Assembly (NCBI RefSeq): GCF_009914755.1
Contig: NC_060947.1
Strand: one strand, 5' to 3'
DNA: 64,000 bases
DNA from: the human T2T-CHM13v2.0 reference genome, Homo sapiens
Part shown: positions 54,946 to 64,000 of the stretch, piece by piece
Layout: each line of letters begins with the position of its first letter
How positions within the stretch are numbered: position 1 is the first letter of the stretch
Translations under genes and position numbers: made by a program
The notes under the pieces: model-generated
The model's database searches: none
Told to the model about the DNA's origin: nothing
The model's input: only the letters and a program-made list of their open reading frames with translations

Positions 54946-55676
54946 TTGATATTGATATCTAGAAGAGTGGTACTGAAAAGTAACATATCACAAAAGTGGA
55001 ACTGGTCGATTGTGATTAGAATGCAGGACATTAAAGATTCTCTTGTCTCCAGCTGGAAAATAGGCAAGCTCTATTTTGCAGTAGCTTATTAAACTGTTCC
55101 TATTGTATCCTAGGATTCAGACTTTGGGTACTTGATATAAATACTTCAGGTTATTGAATTTCATTGATTACTGCTTTTGATCTTGAATAAGTGCCTATCA
55201 GGAAGATAAAAGCTGTGGCCCAAGCTTATGTGTCTGAAAGTACATAAGGAGACACCTTCTGCTTATGGCCAGCAATACAAAATGACTGACAGATAACCAT
55301 GAATCTTACCAGGTTGGAAGTGCTGTATACTCTGCTCCAAGCTAAACTTAATGTGAGTAAAGTTTACAAAACAGGATATATCACAAGAGATAAGACTGGT
55401 ACTAATCCCCTAGCTCCTTACCTATGACTTTATCCTGTGCATTTCCTGTGTGACAAAGAGCACAACTACCTGCATTTTAAAGAACAGTTCATTGGGATTC
55501 TGCCACGGGCAAGAGACAGATGAACTTTATCTCCACCACACCCTAACCTACAATTACTTGTATTATCCCAAGAATGAGCAAGACAGATGCCATTTAACTA
55601 AGCGTTGAGTCAATGGTCAAAGCCCTAGGTCTGTTGCCTAAAGACAGAAACTCTGAGGCACAGATTCAAGGGCCAT

Positions 55677-55986
55677 TGAAACAGCCAAGCATAAAAGAGT
55701 CCTTGGAGAATCTCCAACCGGCCTGCGCACTGGAAGAACAGGGTGGAGCCAGGAAAGTTCGCACCATTTGCAGGGGGGAGGAGCCTGGCCTTTCCTGTTC
55801 CTGTGTGGTGACCTGGAATTTAATCGATGAGGTGGAGAGCCTGTTAGCAGGACTTCATCTCACTTTGCTGTGTTGTTTTTCCTTTTTCCTTTTTGCCCAA
55901 TAAATTCTGTTACCCCTCACCCTTCAAAGTGCCTGCGAGCCTAATCTTTCCTGGTCGTGTGACAAGAACCGGTTTTTCCTACAACA
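55677..55986 (+). mobile_element. MER61A-like ERV1 solo LTR
   Basis: TGAAACAGCCAAG...GGCCTGCGCACTGG...AATAAA...CCTACAACA; 4-bp TSD CCAT at 55673-55676 and 55987-55990. Confidence 0.85.
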
Positions 55987-56089
55987 CCATGACTCACGGA
56001 GATATGTGTCTTTGGTTACCAGCCCATAACGCTGACCAGATGCAAATTGGTAAAAAGCCGATTAAGGTTTTAAATGGATTAGATTGATA

Positions 56090-56262
56090 GTCTGCATGAA
56101 AATAAGCCAAAACAGTGGAACACAGTGCCAAGAGACAGACATTCTACTGACATTGGTAGAACCCCTAAATTTCCCTGTTAAATGAACCAACGTTTTCGTT
56201 TTTGTTAAAGTCCATTTGATGTGGGTTCCCATCACTTGTAACCAAGAGTCCTGACTAACACA
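56090..56262 (+). mobile_element. Old MLT1 LTR 3' part
   Basis: TCACTTGTAACCAAGAGTCCTGACTAACACA terminus. Confidence 0.55.
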
Positions 56263-56289
56263 AGGTTGAAGGGAATAGGAAGGAAATTA

Positions 56290-56625
56290 AACTATATTGA
56301 AAACTTATTATTTGTCAGAAACTGGGTAAAGTGATTTCCTGTATTCCTATCTAATGTTCACAATAACCCTGTGAGGTACGTAGTATCTTCCCTCATTTTG
56401 TTTAAAGGAAATTGAAGTTCACAACATAAGTACACAATAAGTGCCTATGGCCACATCGTTAGTAAGTGGTGGATTCAGGATTCAACCAAGTCTGTTTGAT
56501 GCTAAACCCATACAGTACTATTTCTACTATACCACACTTCTCCTCCATAAAATGGAGATAATAACAGTGCTTGCCTTACAGGATTATTGTAAATGCTTAG
56601 AATATTGTTTGGCACATAGTAAATT
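56290..56625. mobile_element. Two MIR fragments in opposite orientation
   Basis: CACAATAACCCTGTGAGGTA...GTAAGTGGTGGATTCAGGATTCAA (-) then CCATAAAATGGAGATAATAACAG (+). Confidence 0.65.
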
Positions 56626-58999
56626 CTGAAGCAACAAAATGCAAAAGGATAAAATAAATAAATAGGCAAACAGTGGATCCTTGACATGAGAATTTAATAT
56701 CATCTATGAATGACAAGCTGTTTGAACCTGGAAAATTCTGTGATGTCTAATGGCCTCCATTATTTAAAATCTGTAATCAGAAGATGATTATATTCACTCT
56801 CCAGCTTAAAAAAGATTAATTATAATTGCTGTAAATTTTTAAAATATAAAAGCCACCTATAGTCAAAGCAGATTTAGTTGCCCTGTTTTTCAGGAAGGCA
56901 AAAGCTGTTTATTGTATTAGAAAACACTATTTGGACAGCATAGTTCTTTTAGGGTTTCAAGCTGGGAATTTTTAGCATCCACATTATAAATATTTCTCAC
57001 TACATAATACTACATACATGGCTCAAACTTACTGATATCTTAACTAGAATCTGCCTGAAAATTTAGGCAACAGCAACTTGCTTTATGCAGAGTTTCAAGC
57101 TATAAAATAAATTATTCATAATGAGTTAATTATTATCTCAGTGTGCCATCATTTCTATTTTTTAAATGATATTCAAAAGATTAAATACCCAGGAATTTAA
57201 TCATAATTTGCATACACTAGTTTTAAAAATAAGTAACAGCCTCTAATTCAATGCAAAATTACAAAATTTTCCAGATGAAAGATAACCTTGACACTGTAAC
57301 CCAAATAGAGAATTTCCCTATAAAAAAAGCTAATGACCAACCTCAATTGCTTGAGGCCTTTTTACAGTTTATTTCAATACATTGCCTCATATTATGCTTT
57401 CCTATGAAAAGTGGCAAAAACTATACCTGTAATTTTGTTTGGGCCTGCGATTTTCATTCAGCACATGGAGGATTGGGCTTAAATAATTCTCTGAATTCAT
57501 GCCTCCACTTTCTTTTCTCTTGAATATATAGGTACTTCTTTATCACAAAACAATGACTGAATGCAGTGTCCCCTCCAAATTACTTAGACTTGCATGGAGT
57601 AGAAACTGCCAGGTCATTGCAGCAGTTATTATTTCCTCTCTGAAACCACTGTGAAACAGAATGACTGAACAGGAAAAACTCAGGCATCTCTGTGTCCTCC
57701 AGTCTCCAAAGCAAGTGTTTGTGATAACTAATTCTCTACACGTAAAGAGAAGAAGCAAGGTCTAAGTCTTATCAAATACAAAACACAGCATTGTTTCAAC
57801 TTTGAAAGTAAATAATATCTTGAAGTAAAAACTTTATGACTTCTCATATTTACCTTACTAACAGATTATAGTTTGCTCTAGTACTTCTTCCTGCTCAGAA
57901 AAAAAAATAACTGAAACATATGGAGAAATTATACAGAATTAAATCATTTTATTTTGCAAGTATATGTATTCCTTTGAACATGTTACAGATCAGAGTTAAT
58001 CCTGGTTCTCATAATTTACCACTTAATCTTAGAAATGTATTTAACCAAAACTTACTACAAATTCAAAATATTAGTGTCTGACAACTCTATTTAACATTTT
58101 CACATTAACATTCTATACTTTATTACAGCATCGACACAATATTCCATACTGCTTCTTCAAAAACAAAACATATTTGCTATGATTCTAACCAAATAGTGCC
58201 TAGACATCAAAAGAAAAGCTTTTCCTAGTTTTTCCTCCTTTAAAAATACTCATAGAATTTACTGGAGAGGAAAGGAAGAAGCCTAGATCAAAGTTTAATT
58301 TTTTAACGCCACATGTTCCCATTTTGTGACATAGAGACAATAAATAAGATCTGCATCCTGTGATCAATAGAAATTTAGAGGTTTGGGTTTTACTATTTTT
58401 CCCCTGCTTGCCTTTAAAAAATTAATAGAGCTTGCCAATGACTTTATTACAAAAAGCGCTTCAAGGTGAGCACAATAGAATTCTACTTTCCTGGTACACA
58501 GTGATGGCATGTTTTTTGTAAGTAAAAGATGACATTGAATTAAAGAACTTATTCCTTTAGAGGAACTCAATTATAGTCTTCTCTGGTATTTTCCAGAATC
58601 AAATTCAATGCTACATCTTGAGTTAGATTCTCACATGTTCCCTTGGCACAGATGTAAAGAAATGTTTCTCTGCCTTCCTCTTTGATTTTCCTCTTCAACT
58701 GGGTTAAAATCCAACTCAGGATTTTTGACAGAGACAGCTATATATAATGACAATTGCTAGAATACCCAAATTTGCCAAGTCCTCCAGCCTTCAGGGGCTA
58801 CTCTTCTATTTAATATCCAATTATAAAATGACGCAAACTCCTATTGATCATACAGTGAGAAGTCTAGCATCTTGCCTAAAATCCAAGGATTCCTGGGGAG
58901 CAGGGAGCTAAATGGGTGAAATCTCACTTCAAAATATGTACCCCTGCTGATTTCTCAGTCCTCTTATCACCCAGTGTCTTAAAACTCTGACCATTTATG

Positions 59000-59288
59000 G
59001 GCCGGGTGCAGTGGCTTACGCCTGTAATCCCAGCACTTTGGGAGGCCAAAGTGGGTGGATCACGAGGTCAGGAGTTTGAGACCAGCCTGGCCAATATGGT
59101 GAAACCCCATCTCTACTAAAGATACGAAAATTAGCCAAGCGTGGTGGCACGCCTGTAGTCCCAGCTACTCAGGAGGCTGAGGCAGTAGAATCGCTTGAAC
59201 CCTGGTGGTCGAGGTTACAGTGACCCGAGATCGCGCCACTGCACCCCAGCCTAAGCAACAGAGCAAGACTCTGTCTCAAAAAAAAAAA
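59000..59288 (+). mobile_element. AluSg-like
   Basis: Full Alu; TSD AACTCTGACCA(T/C)TTAT. Confidence 0.93.
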
Positions 59289-60589
59289 ACCAACTCTGAC
59301 CACTTATCTCTCTCTACTTTGAAGCCCTTCATGCCCCTGCCTCCATATATAGCACTCTTCCTCCTTGCTGCTCCGAAGTGCCATTAACACATGCAGTGTG
59401 GAGGTTAAGGAGGGCATGCTGAATCAAACCAAGCCAAAGTGAGATGAGGCATTTCAAAAATCAAGCAGGGGAAGTGTCAAACCAGCAGCCCAAAAGTGGC
59501 AATGAAGATAGAGGTACAACTTAGAAAATACAAAGGAGATGGTTCCTGTCTTCAAGGAATATATATACAATCTATCAAGCATTTCAAAACATACCTGAAG
59601 CACAACTGAAGCTCAAGCTGGAGTCTTTGCTATACACTTAATGTCTTTTCAGGATGGTGTTTTTCCTGTGATAAACCCAGTGATCAGAGATCTGTCAAAG
59701 TAAATAGGAAGCCAGAGAGTAACCAGGTAGTTAGTGCTGTGTTTCATAACTGGCCAGGTGATTGAAGACCTGTCTTGAGTGAATAACTGGCCAGGAAGTG
59801 GCCAGTGAGGGATAATGTTTTCAGAAGGTCTGACTGAACGGGAGCTGTATGGTCCCTTGTTTGGTAGGATGCCCAATATCTGCCAATCATTACACATGGA
59901 TCAGTAAGAGAGGCTGTTCAGCCAGTTCAGCACACCGGTGTGATAGTATTCTAATTCCTGACCAAACAGAGTCCACTTGCTTTACAGGAACGAAGTGTTA
60001 CTCTTTCATCTTCCTGATTTTATTCCTTGTTCCTTAGAGTCAAATAAGCACTTGCTAAATGGGTAACATTTTCTGAAATACACACCGAGCTGAGAATTCA
60101 AATAACCGCTAGATTCTGACTGTAAATAGAAAAGGTCGTAAAGAAAAGACATCTTAACAATGGACAGTAGAAATATGTAATCAGAGTTCGGAATATAGAT
60201 GTAGAGATGGACAAGACTTTGTCAAAAAGGAATCTTTCAGGCACCCTTGTAATCTACTTAGATATTTCAGTGTTTGACCTTGAAGCAACTTCTGGCAAGT
60301 TGGATGGCATAATTTCCTAGAATATCATAGTGGATAAATCCATTAGCCTGGTGACCCTCACTTGGCATTTTCAAAGAAATTTACAGCCAGTAGTGATAAG
60401 GTTGTGAACACTGAAAGCTGCCTGGCTGATGAAAATTCTGTTTGAAAAAAAAAAAAATCTAGCCTGATTTCACATAGGAGTTCCACCAAACACATCCACA
60501 CACCCTTACTGTTAGAATGTATACCTTCTTAAAATATGCATTAAGCACTAAGGAGATCACAGGCATTTTAAACTCTACTCCACTTTGAA

Positions 60590-60840
60590 ATTATTTTTTC
60601 CAACCAATATGTTTTGAGATCTACTATGTGCAAGACATTATGCTAGGTGCATGGAGAATGCAAAGATGAATAAGAGAGACCCTCATTCTTTCTTGTAATA
60701 GATAAGACAGGCAAGTAACTACAGCAGAATAAATAACTGCTAAATAGAGATACCGGTACCCTACTGGGAGAGCTCAGAAAAAAAAAGTGATTGATTCTGA
60801 TCAACAAGGATTAGGGGAACCATAACTGAGGTGACAATTG
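60590..60840 (-). mobile_element. L2 3' fragment
   Basis: TTGAGATCTACTATGTGCAAGACATTATGCTAGGTGC...AAAGATGAATAAGA. Confidence 0.65.
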
Positions 60841-61308
60841 ACTCATAGCAACCAAATTAAGTCACACTCTTTGTAGAATCAACAAGAATCCACATTCTTT
60901 AGCTGGATTTAATTCGCAATGGGAAACCTGCCCAGAGATTACCCATCCTACAATGGGAGAAATGTTATTAATGAAACAAAAGAGCTTTCAGCCATGTCAT
61001 CAAGAATGATACAACCTAAGAGACTATCAGCAAATAACATCTGTTCCCATGGGAATTGCTACATGTTTCAAAAGTATAAAATATTTAAGTTAAGAAGAAC
61101 GATGTCATGACTCTTAACTGTAGAAAAATAACATTTTGAATACTGCCTAAAGGAGCAGGAGGACATATATATTCTATCATTAGAAAGATGTACCATAGAA
61201 TAGAACAGGAGTAGTTTGCTTGGCTCAAGCATGACCAAGATGCACTTTTCTCCCAAGACTACCAATTATTATTTTGCAAATCAAGAGTATTTTAGAAACA
61301 GTACTTTG

Positions 61309-61686
<378 letters not shown>

Positions 61687-62710
61687 TGAATAAGTTCCGT
61701 GGTTCTATTTTTAAGGTGAAACATCTCCACTTAATATTATTTCCCAACCTTGAGCTTGTGTTAGCAATATTTTATCATTAGTGACTTGTTTGCTTGCTTT
61801 TTGTATGTATCTAAGTAAAGAAAAACAATTACTGAGCATCTACTACACACAAAGCAAGTTCTCTGGATGCAATAAGGATTTGGAAAAAAATGTGCTCCTG
61901 TCTTCCAAGAGCTCCCAATTGAGTGGTGGAAACACACATGTAAATACGGTCCATAAAAAGCAGATTGCATGCAAAGATGGAGGCAATCAGATTAATAAAA
62001 ACAAAAAAAAAAAAAAACAGAACAAAAAAAGCAGACTGTAATGAATTGGTGGCTTTATTTTTCTCCTTTCCAGCATAAACCAAATTAAGTTCACATTACA
62101 TAATTAACTAGTAGCCTTTTGATTACTAATGTTATCGTGCATCCTAATCCCATACAGGAAAATAATTTAAGGATAGCACTAATGTGCAAGCTCCTTGAGG
62201 AAAGGGACTATATGCTAGTTAGCATAGATCAATAGCATATATCAATGTGTCAGTGCTGGATGACCCCTTGCTTGGCAAAATTGCAAATTCACAAAATTGT
62301 CAAAATCACAATTATTTTATACATACAAGCAAAGCAGAATTGGCTCATAATCTAACTCTTATACATCCCACCAGACTTTTAAATTTATCTACCTGTTGTA
62401 TCCTTATTTTCAAACATAAAAGAAAACCAGTACATAATTATAGAAGAATCTACATAAAGCAATCTAATATATACCATAAGCCTACATTCTCAGTTCGACC
62501 ACACGCATTTGATGTTAGAATGAAGTGGAAGGCTAGATGGTCAAGAGTTTATTTCAAATGGTAAATAAATCATATCTGGAATATTTTAATAATAAATATG
62601 ATGAAAGAATGTAGACTATTTTTCAACTACACGTCAAAACTAGAGCACAAATGAATTTAGAGGGAAAATCCAATGAAAAGAATGAAATGAGGATATCTTG
62701 ACAATTAAAA

Positions 62711-63004
62711 TTATTATTATTATTATTTTTTGAAACAAGATCTCATTTTGCCACCCAGGCTGGAGTGCAGTGCTGCAATCACGGCTCCCTGTAGCCTTGA
62801 CCTTCTGAGCTCAAGCAATCCTCCCACCTCAGCCTCCTGAGTAGCTGGGACCACAGGCGCAGGCCCATGCTTTTTTTTTTTTCCATAGAGGCAGGGACTC
62901 CCTCTGCTCCCCAGACTGGTCTTGAACTCCTGGACTCAAGCAATTTTCTCTGCTCAGCCTCCCAGCATGCTGGGATCATAGGCATGGGCCACTAGCACCC
63001 AGCC
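62711..63004 (-). mobile_element. AluJ
   Basis: J-type positions, (TTA)n tail; TSD TAAAATTATT. Confidence 0.9.
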
Positions 63005-63175
63005 TAAAATTATTTTGAAGTCTTTTTGTGGCCCAGATAGTTAGAAATACTTCTTGTTTGGCAAAATTTCAATCCATTTATACACTCGAGAACTATTTAT
63101 TAAACACCTACTCACTAGTAGGCATTGAGTGCACAGTGATGATCAAGACAGACACAGTCTCTGTCTTTGTGAAAC

Positions 63176-63424
63176 CAGAGCCATTCTATCCATTAGGCAT
63201 GGGAGGCACAGTGCCTAGCACCCACTATACTTTACAGGAGCTCATGAAAATGCTTTAATTTCTTTTAAAATGAGAAGAAAAAAAATGAATATACTATCCA
63301 GGCTCGATTGCATTAGTCTTTAGACCAATGCAGTCATAAAGTAAAATTTTAATAGTTTTTATGGAGAAAGGGACCCATGAAGGCAAAAGTGGCTGGGGCT
63401 CAGGAAAGTCACAATGCAGGCCTG
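63176..63424 (+). mobile_element. ORSL-like hAT-Tip100 DNA transposon inside an L2 fragment
   Basis: CAGAGCC..TATCCATTAGGCA..GCACAGTGCCTAG...AAAGTCACAATGCAGGCCTG. Confidence 0.7.
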
Positions 63425-63531
63425 TATGGAATTTACATTCTATTAGAAAAGGCTGCCAAATAATTAAATAAAATAAAAGGCATTATACAAAGTGCTGAAA
63501 TAAGGTAAATGCAGGATGCTATGGGAATTCA

Positions 63532-63841
<310 letters not shown>

Positions 63842-63980
63842 TTCTCAAAAGCCTCAGAGGACACATGAAGGATGATAAGTGTAGAAGAGGAAATGCGTTG
63901 GAGTAAGAACATGCACAGATTTGAAAGAAAGAGAGATCACGACAAGTGGGAGTAATGCAAGCCCTTCTGTAGGGTTAGAC

Positions 63981-64000
63981 CAGTGGTTCTCAATCCAGGG
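63981..64000. mobile_element. Start of a hAT-Charlie MITE (MER5/MER20-like)
   Basis: TAGAC followed by CAGTGGTTCTCAA terminal repeat at the window edge. Confidence 0.5.

Noticed and set aside
59649-59897. 82-aa ORF in unique sequence
   Set aside because: Non-ATG start, no recognisable domain, length expected by chance

Overview
Primate (most likely human or other hominoid) genomic DNA, AT-rich and dominated by interspersed repeats. I found no supportable host protein-coding gene, RNA gene or CRISPR array; almost all ORFs in the track are L1, ERV, Alu or low-complexity by-products. Main contents: a near-full-length, inactive L1PA4-like LINE-1 (3980-9872), an internally deleted ERV-L provirus with nested insertions (14217-20339), a solo LTR12C (28580-30122), many older L1 fragments, more than 20 Alu/FLAM copies, MaLR/ERV solo LTRs and DNA-transposon relics. 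I do not see a new multi-gene system. The most unusual signals are mechanistic: (1) the long L1 appears to be a spliced retrotransposed copy joined from the nt ~97 donor to an acceptor near nt ~313; (2) a 67-bp identical tract with shared private variants between nested Alus, suggesting gene conversion; (3) a triple target-site duplication from two insertions at one site; (4) four apparent template-switch/inverted-repeat scars; (5) an orphan L1 5' UTR; (6) a nearly consensus AluY; (7) a candidate 80-nt exon between inverted Alus. Subfamily names come from my recollection of consensus sequences and need RepeatMasker/Dfam confirmation.
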